This document shows positions 17,970-27,501 of a DNA stretch of 32,000 nt, piece by piece. Source of the DNA: Cylindrospermopsis raciborskii Cr2010 (GTDB lineage: Bacteria > Cyanobacteriota > Cyanobacteriia > Cyanobacteriales > Nostocaceae); contig NZ_CP065936.1 in the NCBI RefSeq assembly GCF_003367075.2, positions 2,790,001 to 2,822,000 on the forward strand. The letters are read 5' to 3'. The position numbers and the translations under genes were made by a program. The notes beneath the pieces are model-generated. The model saw only the letters and a program-made list of their open reading frames with translations. It was not told the origin of the DNA and ran no database searches. How positions within the stretch are numbered: the first letter of the stretch is position 1; each line of letters starts with the position of its first letter.

Positions 17970-18851
17970 TTACTGCTGATTAGCTACTTGTAAATAGCTA
18001 CAAACAGTATTTTGCAGCAACATGGCAACTGTCATGGGGCCAATACCACCAGGAACAGGGGTAATATATTTTGCCACCTGAGCAGTGGAGACAAAGTCAA
18101 TGTCACCAACTAGGCGACTTTTACCATTGCCATCAGTAATGCGGTTTATTCCCACATCTATCACAACTGCGCCCGGTTTTATCATTTCTGCTGTGATTAA
18201 TCCGGGAATACCAGCTGCTGCTACCAGAATATCAGCGTTTTGGGTAATAGTTGTTAAGTTTTGGCTGCGAGAATGGGCAATAGTAACTGTAGCATCAGCT
18301 TCCAATAACATTAATGCCATGGGCTTACCCACTAAAATACTACGTCCTATTACCACTGCTTGTTTTCCTGCTAGGGGAATTTTATATTCTGCCAACAGTT
18401 TCATTACTCCAGCAGGGGTACAACTGCGCATTCCCATTTCTCCCCGGACTAAATGCCCTAAATTAATTGGATGCAGTCCATCAGCGTCTTTGCTAGGCAG
18501 AATTCTATGTAGTAGAGCAATAGAGTCTAAATGCTGGGGTAAGGGTAACTGGATTAAAATGCCATCTACCCGCTGATCATCATTGAGTTCCTCTATGATT
18601 TGTTCTAGTTCATTTTGGCTAGTTTCCGTGGGAAAATGTCTACCGAAAGTAGCAATTCCCACCTGATGGCAGGCTTTTTCTTTGTTAGCTACATAGGTGG
18701 CTGAGGCGGGGTTATTTCCCACCATCAACACTGCTAAACCGGGGGGGCGGCCTATTTTAGGTTGTATTTCTGTGATGGTTTTAGCCAGTTCTTTTTGAAC
18801 TTTTGCGGCTAGTGTCTTACCATCAAGGATTTTTGCAGTTTTTGTTTCCAT
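17970..18851 (-). CDS. folD: Bifunctional methylenetetrahydrofolate dehydrogenase / methenyl-THF cyclohydrolase FolD
   Basis: 293-aa [65 protein letters not shown] and [17 protein letters not shown] are all present. Confidence 0.93.
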   Translation of the reverse strand: METKTAKILDGKTLAAKVQKELAKTITEIQPKIGRPPGLAVLMVGNNPASATYVANKEKACHQVGIATFGRHFPTETSQNELEQIIEELNDDQRVDGILIQLPLPQHLDSIALLHRILPSKDADGLHPINLGHLVRGEMGMRSCTPAGVMKLLAEYKIPLAGKQAVVIGRSILVGKPMALMLLEADATVTIAHSRSQNLTTITQNADILVAAAGIPGLITAEMIKPGAVVIDVGINRITDGNGKSRLVGDIDFVSTAQVAKYITPVPGGIGPMTVAMLLQNTVCSYLQVANQQ

Positions 18852-18957
18852 TTTTATTCATCTTTTCCCTATCTTAGTGAGAAAATAGGCGTTTATCTCC
18901 TAATTAGATTTGTAAAAACTTCTGGGTTTTTAGTAACGAAACATAGATAATATAAAT

Positions 18958-18984
18958 CAAAATGGGCAAAATGGGCAAAATGGG
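18958..18984. repeat. Perfect 9-bp tandem repeat (CAAAATGGG x3)
   Basis: Three perfect head-to-tail copies at 18958-18966, 18967-18975 and 18976-18984. They generate three in-frame ATGs (MGKMGKMGK) at the 5' end of the downstream ORF. Confidence 0.9.
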
Positions 18985-19405
18985 AAAAAGCTTTATGCCA
19001 CAATTCTCTCCTCTGACTAACTCTAGACTACTTACTAATTTGAGCAATCTCGGTTTTATTTACCAAGTATTAACCTGGGCTTTACTTTTAATGATTGGTA
19101 GTTGTGCCAGAGGTAACTTAATAAATTTCCATACTCTGGGAACTAATATTACGCCTATTGCTAAGATTAAACCTATGGGTCAGCCAGAAACTACAGTTTA
19201 TATCCAAGGAAAGATTGAAAAACATGCTCCCTTGATTGGCCAGCACGCATATCAAATTGCTGACTCTACTGGTAGAATCTGGGTTGTGATAAATCAAAAT
19301 AAGTTACAATTGGGGCAGGAGGTGGTAATAGGAGGTAAAATAAAGCACAAAAGTATTAAGTTGAATGAGCAAGAGTACGGAGAAGTATATTTAGAAGAGG
19401 AATAA
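18962..19405 (+). CDS. Putative lipoprotein with OB-fold-like C-terminal domain
   Basis: 147-aa ORF. The hydrophobic stretch VLTWALLLMIGSC ends in a lipobox-like IGSC. The C-terminal TTVYIQGKIEKHAPLIGQHAYQIADSTGRIWVVINQNKLQLGQEVVIGGKIK resembles bacterial OB-fold (BOF/YgiW-like) modules. The true start is ambiguous among 18962, 18971, 18980 and 18995. Confidence 0.55.
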   Translation: MGKMGKMGKSFMPQFSPLTNSRLLTNLSNLGFIYQVLTWALLLMIGSCARGNLINFHTLGTNITPIAKIKPMGQPETTVYIQGKIEKHAPLIGQHAYQIADSTGRIWVVINQNKLQLGQEVVIGGKIKHKSIKLNEQEYGEVYLEEE

Positions 19406-19412
19406 GATCATT

Positions 19413-19841
19413 ATGATTAATCATCAAATACCAGAGGTTTCTATAGTTATTCTCTACCAAAATGACCAGTACCTCATGCAATTAAGAGATAATATTCCCC
19501 ATATTGCCGCCCCCGGTTGTTGGGGATTATTTGGTGGGCATTTAGAACTGGGTGAAACCCCAGAAGTAGCACTAGTGCGGGAAATCAAGGAGGAAATAGA
19601 TTATCAATTAGCAACCTTTGCAAAATTCGGCATTTATCCTGATGACAACGTGACTCGTCATGTTTTTCATGCACCATTACTAACAGAGTTATCACAACTC
19701 ACCTTGTATGAAGGTTGGGACATGGGCTTATTAACAGATCAAGATATTATGGCGGGTAGTTGCTATTCTCACAAAGCTGGTCAGATAAGATATTTAGCAC
19801 ACATTCACCAGAAAATCATGCTGGATTTCATTTATAGCTAA
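19413..19841 (+). CDS. NUDIX hydrolase
   Basis: 142-aa ORF containing the Nudix box GGHLELGETPEVALVREIKEEIDY (G-x5-E-x7-REUxEExGU). Confidence 0.85.
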   Translation: MINHQIPEVSIVILYQNDQYLMQLRDNIPHIAAPGCWGLFGGHLELGETPEVALVREIKEEIDYQLATFAKFGIYPDDNVTRHVFHAPLLTELSQLTLYEGWDMGLLTDQDIMAGSCYSHKAGQIRYLAHIHQKIMLDFIYS

Positions 19842-19863
19842 TTGGGGATTGGTATGTACTTTT

Positions 19864-20946
19864 ATGGAAATGACAAATAAATTACCTCGTTGGTTAACCT
19901 TTGCCTTGGCTTTCCCCATAATTATTCTGAATGGATGGTTGCTCATTCAGGTCATAAAATATTTTCAACCGTTAGTTAGTGTTGTTGTTCTAGCTATTCT
20001 ACTATCTTTTGTTTTAAATTATCCAATCAAATTTTTTCATAACCTGGGGATTCCCAGAATATTAGCTATTGTGGGTGTTTTACTTCTTACAGTAGTGATG
20101 TTGGGAGCCATAGGCGTGATTTTACTACCTTTGATTTTTCAGCAACTGAATGAGTTAATCAATATTCTTCCCGCTTGGATAAGTTCTGGAACTCAACAAT
20201 TACAAGCATTTTTGGATTGGGCAGCTACCCAACAGGACTTACCTGTTAATATTATTGGTATAGCCACACAATTGTTGGAGAAAATTTCTAATCAAATCCA
20301 ATCTTTTACCGGTAAAATCCTAACTTTTGCATTTGATACAATTGGGTTTTTGTTAAACTTAATCCTGACTATTGTTTTAACCATTTACCTCGTATTAAAC
20401 GGGGAGAAATTGTGGGATGGTCTATATGGATGGTTACCCACCTATTTAGGGGTGAAAGCCAGAGCTTTACTAAAAGAAGATTTTCAAAATTACTTCATTG
20501 GACAAGCCACCTTGGGAGCGGTTTTGGGAGTGACCGTAACTCTAACATTTATAGCTCTGAAAATTCCCCTAGCCTTATTATTTGGAATTACCATTGGCTT
20601 TTTCTCCCTCTTTCCATTTGGCACAGGTATTGGCATTGGGATTGTAAGTTTATTGATAGCTTTAGAAAACTTTTGGCAAGCGGTAGAAGTGGCATTAATA
20701 GCAGTAACAATTGACCAAATTAATTCTAATATTGTTGCCCCTAGACTATTGGGAAGTTTGACGGGTTTAAATCCTGTTTGGGTAGTAATTTCTTTATTGG
20801 TTGGAGCTAAATTGGGTGGAGTTCTGGGACTGTTAATAGCTATTCCTATTGCCAGTTTTATCAAGGATTTTGCTGATATTTGGCGAGAGGGACAACTACA
20901 GACTGATTCTATGCAGGGAAAAATCACCACGCCTACCCCACCCTAA
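19864..20946 (+). CDS. AI-2E family transporter (PerM/UPF0118)
   Basis: Polytopic membrane ORF of about 360 aa with the typical AI-2E architecture. The conserved C-terminal region is DQINSNIVAPRLLGSLTGLNPVWVVISLLVGAKLGGVLGLLIAIPIASFIKD. I prefer the ATG at 19864 over the track's TTG at 19849. Confidence 0.8.
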   Translation: MEMTNKLPRWLTFALAFPIIILNGWLLIQVIKYFQPLVSVVVLAILLSFVLNYPIKFFHNLGIPRILAIVGVLLLTVVMLGAIGVILLPLIFQQLNELINILPAWISSGTQQLQAFLDWAATQQDLPVNIIGIATQLLEKISNQIQSFTGKILTFAFDTIGFLLNLILTIVLTIYLVLNGEKLWDGLYGWLPTYLGVKARALLKEDFQNYFIGQATLGAVLGVTVTLTFIALKIPLALLFGITIGFFSLFPFGTGIGIGIVSLLIALENFWQAVEVALIAVTIDQINSNIVAPRLLGSLTGLNPVWVVISLLVGAKLGGVLGLLIAIPIASFIKDFADIWREGQLQTDSMQGKITTPTPP

Positions 20947-21036
20947 CCTTCGGGTCCAAGCTATGAGTTAAAAAACATTAATAAGAAACATTAAATAATC
21001 ATCAAATTCCCCTACCTAAAGCTATAATGGCAAACA

Positions 21037-23625
21037 GTGCTAAAAAACTCTGCATCTCCTATGACCACACCAGAAATTCAACCACCCACCATCCCTATTA
21101 ATGATATCCACCTGGTAGGAGACCGTAGTAAGCTGAGTAAAATGTATCAGCACTACGTAGAAATGAAAGATAAATATCCTCACGCGCTGCTAATGTACCG
21201 TGTGGGCGACTTTTTTGAGACTTTCTTCCAAGACGCAATAACCGTATCCAGAGAATTAGAACTAGTTTTAACCAGTAAACATGGTGGTGATGTCGGTCGG
21301 ATAGCTATGACAGGTGTGCCTCATCATGCTTGGGAGCGTTATGCTACTCAATTGGTGGAAAAGGGTTATGCTGTAGTAATATGTGATCAAGTGGAGGAAG
21401 CATCCCAAGCAATAGGTTTGGTAAAACGGGAAGTTACCCGTATACTCACACCAGGAACTGTATTAGAAGAGGGTATGCTTAAAGCTAGTCGCAATAACTA
21501 TTTAGCAGCTGTGGTAATTGCTGCAAATCATTGGGGTCTAGCATACGCTGATATCTCAACAGGAGAATTTTTGACGACCCAGAGCAGTGAGTTGGAGAAT
21601 CTCACCCAAGAGCTGATGAGATTACAACCTGCAGAAGTGCTCTTTCCCACCAATGCGCCAGATCTGGGAACTCTACTTAGACCAGGAGAAACTTCACCTT
21701 CCCTTCCTCAATGTTTACCACCAACATTTTGTTATAGTTTGCGCTCTCAATTGCCCTTTTCCCAGGGGGAAGCTAGGAGTAAATTATTACAAAAATTTAA
21801 ATTACGCTCCCTAGAAGGTATTGGTTGTGAGCATCTCCCCCTAGCAGTTCGCGCTGCAGGTGGACTGTTGGAATATATTGAGGACACCCAAAAGCAAAAT
21901 TCTGTACCTCTCCAGCTATTACGTAGTTATACTCTCAATGACTATCTAATTTTAGACCACCAAACCCGCCGAAATTTGGAAATTTCCCAAACGGTACGCG
22001 ATGGAACATTTCATGGCTCTCTCTTGTGGGCCCTAAACCATACTACCACCCCTATGGGAGGACGAGCTTTAAGAAGATGGTTGTTACAACCTCTCATTGA
22101 TATTAAGGGGATTAGGTCACGACAAGATACTATTGAGGAGTTGGTGGAAAACACCCCCCTGCGTCAAGATTTACGGAAATTATTACGGCAAATTTATGAT
22201 TTGGAACGATTAACGGGCCGCGCAGGTTCTGGAACCGCTAATGCACGAGACTTACTGGCATTGGCTGATTCTTTTTCTCGGTTACCCGAGTTGTCACAAC
22301 TGGTAGCAGATGCGCGATCGCCATTTCTCAAGGTTTTACAAAAAGTTCCACCGATAGTGGAAGAGCTGGGGAAGAAGATACATGCTTATCTGGTGGAAGC
22401 ACCGCCAACCCAGTTAAAGGAGGGTGGTTTAATTCGTTCAGGAGTTGATCGTATATTAGATGAGAGGAAAGCTACGGTAGAAGCAGATCAACATTGGATA
22501 GCAAACTTAGAAGTTGATGAAAGAGCAAGAACGGGAATTCCCACTTTAAAGGTGGGATTCAATAAGACTTTTGGTTATTATATTAGCATTTCCCGTTCTA
22601 AGTCTGACCAAGTTCCTGACAATTACATTCGTAAACAAACACTAACCAATGAAGAACGTTATATTACGCCCGAATTAAAAGAAAGGGAGGCTAGAATATT
22701 AACAGCTAGAGATGATTTAAATCAGTTAGAATATGAAGTATTCGCTAACCTACGGGATGAGGTTGGTTCCCATGCAGAAACAATTCGGGATATTTCGCGT
22801 GCGGTAGCTGCTGCTGACGTATTATGTGGTTTAGCAGAATTGGCAGTACATCAGGGTTATTGTCGTCCCCAGATGTTACAGGGAAGGGAGTTAGAAATTA
22901 TTGATGGTCGTCATCCCGTAGTTGAAAAGTCCTTACCTGCAGGATTTTTCGTTCCCAACTCCACTGGACTAGGTGGTGGAACAACTCAGGATTCCCAAGA
23001 GCTGTCCTATCCTGACCTAGTCATCTTAACTGGTCCTAATGCTAGTGGCAAAAGTTGTTACCTACGTCAGTTAGGTTTAATTCAGTTAATGGCCCAGATT
23101 GGTAGTTTTGTACCCGCTAAATCTGCTCGGTTGGGAATTTGCGATCGCATTTTTACTCGTGTGGGGGCGGTAGATGATCTTTCCACGGGTCAGTCCACAT
23201 TCATGGTAGAAATGAATGAAACCGCTAACATACTAAATCATGCCACTGCTAATTCTTTAGTGTTATTAGATGAAATTGGTAGGGGAACAGCAACATTTGA
23301 CGGTTTATCGATTGCATGGGCAGTAGCGGAATACTTAGCAGCAGAGATTAAAGCTAGAACTGTTTTTGCCACCCACTATCATGAATTAAATGAGTTAGCG
23401 AGTATTCTTGCTAATGTAGCCAACTATCAAGTAACCGTCAAAGAATTACCAGACCAAATTATCTTTTTGCATCAAGTGCAACCTGGTGGTGCGGATAAGT
23501 CTTATGGGATAGAAGCGGGGAGACTAGCGGGTTTACCAGCAGTAGTGATTGAAAGGGCCAAACAAGTAATGGGACAAATTGAAAAACACAGCAAAATTGC
23601 CCTAGGATTAAGATTGGGTAACTAG
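21037..23625 (+). CDS. mutS: DNA mismatch repair protein MutS
   Basis: 862-aa ORF. It has an N-terminal mismatch-binding region ([32 protein letters not shown]), Walker [40 protein letters not shown] and a C-terminal HTH region. The start is GTG at 21037 or ATG at 21061. A TATAAT lies at 21023-21028. Confidence 0.93.
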   Translation: MLKNSASPMTTPEIQPPTIPINDIHLVGDRSKLSKMYQHYVEMKDKYPHALLMYRVGDFFETFFQDAITVSRELELVLTSKHGGDVGRIAMTGVPHHAWERYATQLVEKGYAVVICDQVEEASQAIGLVKREVTRILTPGTVLEEGMLKASRNNYLAAVVIAANHWGLAYADISTGEFLTTQSSELENLTQELMRLQPAEVLFPTNAPDLGTLLRPGETSPSLPQCLPPTFCYSLRSQLPFSQGEARSKLLQKFKLRSLEGIGCEHLPLAVRAAGGLLEYIEDTQKQNSVPLQLLRSYTLNDYLILDHQTRRNLEISQTVRDGTFHGSLLWALNHTTTPMGGRALRRWLLQPLIDIKGIRSRQDTIEELVENTPLRQDLRKLLRQIYDLERLTGRAGSGTANARDLLALADSFSRLPELSQLVADARSPFLKVLQKVPPIVEELGKKIHAYLVEAPPTQLKEGGLIRSGVDRILDERKATVEADQHWIANLEVDERARTGIPTLKVGFNKTFGYYISISRSKSDQVPDNYIRKQTLTNEERYITPELKEREARILTARDDLNQLEYEVFANLRDEVGSHAETIRDISRAVAAADVLCGLAELAVHQGYCRPQMLQGRELEIIDGRHPVVEKSLPAGFFVPNSTGLGGGTTQDSQELSYPDLVILTGPNASGKSCYLRQLGLIQLMAQIGSFVPAKSARLGICDRIFTRVGAVDDLSTGQSTFMVEMNETANILNHATANSLVLLDEIGRGTATFDGLSIAWAVAEYLAAEIKARTVFATHYHELNELASILANVANYQVTVKELPDQIIFLHQVQPGGADKSYGIEAGRLAGLPAVVIERAKQVMGQIEKHSKIALGLRLGN

Positions 23626-23632
23626 AAACCAT

Positions 23633-25951
23633 TTAACTTTCTAATTGTTTTCTAGCTGCTGCGAGAATCAGTCTTTGTTCAGCACTAGCAATTGTGTGAT
23701 AAGTTCTTTCCACTGCTTCTGGTTCTACAGAAATAGAATCTATACCCCATTGTATTAGCTGATCAATAATTTCTGGATATAAAACGGGAGCTTGACCACA
23801 AATAGAACAGGAAATACCACCAGCTTGAGCCATTTTAATTAACTGAGAAATAGTCCCCATAACAGCAGGATGACGTTGATTAAGTAGGGGGGATAGGTCT
23901 CCTGTTTCCCGGTCCACACCTAAAATTAATTGGGTTAAATCATTAGTACCAATGGAAATACCACGCACACCAGACTTAATATATTCCGGTAATAAAAATA
24001 AAACGCTAGGAACTTCCGCCATGATCCACAATTGAAACTGGGGATTTTCAGTTAATCCAAACTCTACAACTTTGCGCTGGCAAAATATAAACTCCTCTAC
24101 TGTTCTTACAAAAGGAAGCATTAAATAAATATTACTGTAGCCATCTTTTTGTAACCTAGCTAGGGCTTTTAATTCTAGTTCAAAGACTCCAGGATTTTTT
24201 AAATAACTAGCAGTGCCATGTTCCCCTAAAATGGAAGCAGGTGGATTTTCCCTACCATGATAGGAAGATAAATCTTGATGATACCAATCTAAAGAACGAT
24301 AAAAAATTGGTCGTGGTGTAAAAGCTTGGACAAACTCCTGAATTTGCTTTGATAACCTGTCTAATAATTCTGTTTCTCTACCATTGGCAATCCAATTGTA
24401 GGGATTTTCTCCATGTAGAATATTTAGTAACATTAGTTCAGAGCGTAATAGTCCCACCCCGTCCACTGGCAAATTTCGTACTTTTTCAATCAAATTTGGC
24501 TGACTAAGATTCACCAGCAATTTAGTGCCAATCATCGGTAATATTCGATGGTTACTAAACCCATCATGAACATCACTTTTCTCATGGGAAAAATCAGGAT
24601 CTTCATGGTCACGCTGAGGGATTTTTTCACCATCTCTCAAACTATCTTCTGAACCTGAACTATAATACACCTCCCCCCGATCACCATCCAGCAATATTCT
24701 CTCTCCAGTTTGAATTATATTGGTCGCATTCCTAGCGTTGACTATAGCAGGAATCCCCAATTCCCTAGACAAAATTGCCCCATGACTGGTTAACCCACCT
24801 TTTTCAGTAATAATACCCATAACATTATGTAAGATAGGAAACCATTCAGTTGTAATTGTTGGGGCGACTAAAATGACATCTTTAGGAATTTGCGAAGGTT
24901 TGGGCTGGATGTTACCTATTACGTAAGCACTGGCATTTATTTTTCCTTTAGCTGCACCAATCCCTTTAAGCAATAGATGGGGCGTTACGGATCTAGGAAC
25001 ATTAACTTGAGTTATGTACAGTTTTGGGGAATTGGCAGTAATAGTCCATTTAATAGTTAATTTTCTACCCAATTCCCTAACTAATTGATTGCCTAAAGTA
25101 ATAATTTCCTCTAAAAATTCATCTGGTAGCGCATACTGCTTCTGCTGTTCTTGGCTTACTGTATAAGAAAATAAACAGTTGTCATTGGTAGTTGCTTTAG
25201 ATTCATCTACAGAATATGCTAGAACCTTATTTCCCAAATGCTTTTCTTCAATCCCACCCGTGTTATGGTTAATGTAATAAACGTCTGGCAAAACCTCTCC
25301 CTTGGTAATAGCCATTCCTAATCCGTAAGTAGCTTCTACTTCTAATCCAGAAGTATGAAATTTTGTTGACCCCGATGCGATCGCATTTTCTACCGGTTGT
25401 ACTAATACTGCCAAATTAATATGTTGTAAACTAACACCTACACTGTGCCAATACAGAATGCTTCGCGCCCCAAATATTTGTCTCCAGGTCTGCTTTAATC
25501 CATTTGCAATAGACTGTTCGTCAACGGCACAAAATATTGGTTTAAACAAACCAGAAATATTACCTACAAGATAATTAGCCGATGATATGCTCAAACTAGG
25601 ACGTAGGATTAAACAATTATCTGTTAGATCTCTACCAGCTTGATAAATTTGGCTAATCCAAGAACTGGGCAGACTAGCACCAATCACTTCTTGTCGTAAA
25701 CGACTAGCTACTTGTTGAAGTTGTCGCCAATTATTGACATCCAAATGTAAGGAGGAGTTGGGTAAATCCGCAACTAGGGATTCAGAACTGGTGAGATTTA
25801 CCACAAATTCGCGCCACAGACTTGCGGAAAGCACGAAACCAGGAACAACCGGATAGCCCTTTTGGAAAATTTTGCTCAGGTAAAACGCCTTATCTCCAAC
25901 CAAGGGACAGTCTTCTGGATTGATTTTTTCTAGCCAGTAGAGGTTTTCCAC
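23633..25951 (-). CDS. PEP-utilizing enzyme, phosphoenolpyruvate synthase (PpsA)-like
   Basis: 772-aa ORF with a GTG start. The N-terminal ATP-grasp/PPDK_N-like region is LVGDKAFYLSKIFQKGYPVVPGFVL. The phosphohistidine swivel domain is GGLTSHGAILSRELGIPAIV. The C-terminal TIM-barrel carries GVGLLRSEL, ISIGTNDLTQL and the catalytic-Cys context SCSICGQAP. Physiological substrate is not established. Confidence 0.75.
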   Translation of the reverse strand: MENLYWLEKINPEDCPLVGDKAFYLSKIFQKGYPVVPGFVLSASLWREFVVNLTSSESLVADLPNSSLHLDVNNWRQLQQVASRLRQEVIGASLPSSWISQIYQAGRDLTDNCLILRPSLSISSANYLVGNISGLFKPIFCAVDEQSIANGLKQTWRQIFGARSILYWHSVGVSLQHINLAVLVQPVENAIASGSTKFHTSGLEVEATYGLGMAITKGEVLPDVYYINHNTGGIEEKHLGNKVLAYSVDESKATTNDNCLFSYTVSQEQQKQYALPDEFLEEIITLGNQLVRELGRKLTIKWTITANSPKLYITQVNVPRSVTPHLLLKGIGAAKGKINASAYVIGNIQPKPSQIPKDVILVAPTITTEWFPILHNVMGIITEKGGLTSHGAILSRELGIPAIVNARNATNIIQTGERILLDGDRGEVYYSSGSEDSLRDGEKIPQRDHEDPDFSHEKSDVHDGFSNHRILPMIGTKLLVNLSQPNLIEKVRNLPVDGVGLLRSELMLLNILHGENPYNWIANGRETELLDRLSKQIQEFVQAFTPRPIFYRSLDWYHQDLSSYHGRENPPASILGEHGTASYLKNPGVFELELKALARLQKDGYSNIYLMLPFVRTVEEFIFCQRKVVEFGLTENPQFQLWIMAEVPSVLFLLPEYIKSGVRGISIGTNDLTQLILGVDRETGDLSPLLNQRHPAVMGTISQLIKMAQAGGISCSICGQAPVLYPEIIDQLIQWGIDSISVEPEAVERTYHTIASAEQRLILAAARKQLES

Positions 25952-26119
25952 TCAAACAATCACATATAAGCTGAGTCTGTACTCTCAACACATTTACCCA
26001 AAGTGTTTATTTTTGGGCAAAGGTAAACATTTACTATTTTGGAGTGGACTGTGCAAAATGTCAATTTTTTTGGGAATTTTGTTTTCCGTTCTAGGTTTAC
26101 CTGGGGAAAACTCCAAGAA

Positions 26120-26545
26120 TTATCCATTTTGAAGTTTCTTTAAATATTCCCATCCTCTTTGAGGATAAACATTTCTATTTAATATTTTACTCATCCATTG
26201 AGACACTTTAGCGCCATTCCATGCACCCCCATCTTCAGGTTCAGACTGTAAAACTTGCTGTAAATACTGAAGTTGCTCATCGTTCAATAATGGCTTTGTC
26301 CCTCGGTTGTTTCTGCGTAGGTCTCCCAGAATCTCTGGACCGTAACGGTTATAACTACGAACTAACTCATAAATCCAGGAAACACCATATCCAGTAACAG
26401 TGGACACTTCTAGAGTTGTTTTCCCCAGTGCTAACAACCAGATGATTTGATAATGACCGCGTTCAATGCTATCCTGTGACTGTCGATAACGGTTTTCTAA
26501 GTCTCCAGTACTTAAATGAGGTTCTATTACAACACGTTTTGGCAT
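26120..26545 (-). mobile_element. IS630-family transposase N-terminal (winged-HTH) ORF with no DDE catalytic part: truncated relic or domesticated fragment
   Basis: MPKRVVIEPHL...ERGHYQIIWLLALGKTTLEVSTVTGYGVSWIYELVRSYNRYGPEILGD...KPLLNDEQLQYLQQVL...WNGAKVSQWMSKILNRNVYPQRGWEYLKKL matches the HTH/orfA portion of cyanobacterial IS630 transposases as I remember them. AGGTGGGA precedes the ATG at 26545; the track's start at 26614 is less likely. The ORF stops right where the DDE domain should begin, and only 168 bp remain before the next gene. Confidence 0.6.
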
Positions 26546-26623
26546 ATTCCCACCTGATAAAGATAATAAGCGTATATTGTGTCCAATGAGTCCACCGTTT
26601 TTTATAGGTAGCATGAACCTATC

Positions 26624-26650
26624 AGGAAGTTATAAGGAAGTTATAAGGAA
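26624..26650. repeat. 11-bp tandem repeat AGGAAGTTATA x2.4
   Basis: AGGAAGTTATA occurs at 26624-26634 and 26635-26645, followed by a partial AGGAA at 26646-26650. It lies in the short spacer between the IS630-like ORF and the menH GTG start. Confidence 0.85.
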
Positions 26651-26653
26651 TTT

Positions 26654-27487
26654 GTGAATAAAAAATATAGCTTTTTTGGTTCAAGAATCTTATTGCACTA
26701 TTGTTTAGATTTAAATAGTGATAGGCAAGTAGTTATGTTTTTGCATGGTTTCATGGGTAATATTTACGAATTTGACAATGTCATAAAATTACTAAATAAC
26801 AATTTTTCCTATTTAACTGTGGATTTACCAGGACATGGGAAGACTGAGGTGTTAGGGGGTAGTGATTATTATGGAATGGAAAATACCGCTCAGGCTATTA
26901 TTAATCTTCTGGATGAACTAAAGATAGAAAAATGCTTTTTAGTAGGTTATTCTATGGGAGGAAGAATAGCATTATATCTCACCATAAATTTCCCGGAGAG
27001 ATTTATGAAAGTTGTGCTAGAATCTTCTTCACCTGGCTTATCAACTGATTTCCAGAGGATAATGAGAATAAAAAGCGATGCTGGAATTATCCGGAAGTTA
27101 ACCAGAATTAGCACCAGAAATGAGTTCGGTGTTTTTTTAAATAATTGGTATAGTCAGCCGATTTTCGGTCAGATAAAAAATCATCCAGCATATCCAAAAA
27201 TGATAGAAACCAGATTAGCAAATAGTCCCTTGAAAATAGCTAAATCCTTACAATTTATGGGTACTGGATATCAACCTTCACTATGGCACAAACTAGAATA
27301 TAATCAAATTCCCCTACTTTTATTAGTAGGTGAATATGATCAGAAATTTATTGATATTAATACTGTTATATACAATTTAATTCCGGGGAGTAAATTGGTG
27401 ATAATTAACCGATCTGCACACAATACGCACTTAGAAAATCCCTTAATGTTTGTGGAATACATCATGGAATTTTTTAGAGTTTTTTAA
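26654..27487 (+). CDS. menH: 2-succinyl-6-hydroxy-2,4-cyclohexadiene-1-carboxylate synthase (MenH), alpha/beta hydrolase
   Basis: 277-aa ORF with a GTG start. It shows the oxyanion region VVMFLHGFMG, nucleophile elbow LVGYSMGGRIALYL, and a C-terminal catalytic His in RSAHNTHLENP. Size and pattern fit MenH of the phylloquinone pathway. A generic alpha/beta hydrolase cannot be excluded. Confidence 0.65.
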   Translation: MNKKYSFFGSRILLHYCLDLNSDRQVVMFLHGFMGNIYEFDNVIKLLNNNFSYLTVDLPGHGKTEVLGGSDYYGMENTAQAIINLLDELKIEKCFLVGYSMGGRIALYLTINFPERFMKVVLESSSPGLSTDFQRIMRIKSDAGIIRKLTRISTRNEFGVFLNNWYSQPIFGQIKNHPAYPKMIETRLANSPLKIAKSLQFMGTGYQPSLWHKLEYNQIPLLLLVGEYDQKFIDINTVIYNLIPGSKLVIINRSAHNTHLENPLMFVEYIMEFFRVF

Positions 27488-27501
27488 ACCTTAGAGAACT
27501 T

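Noticed and set aside
26654-27487. AT-rich menH next to the IS relic, considered as a horizontally acquired cargo gene.
   Set aside because: The apparent GC drop is modest and judged by eye only. menH is a core phylloquinone pathway gene in cyanobacteria and uses the same codon style as its neighbours.
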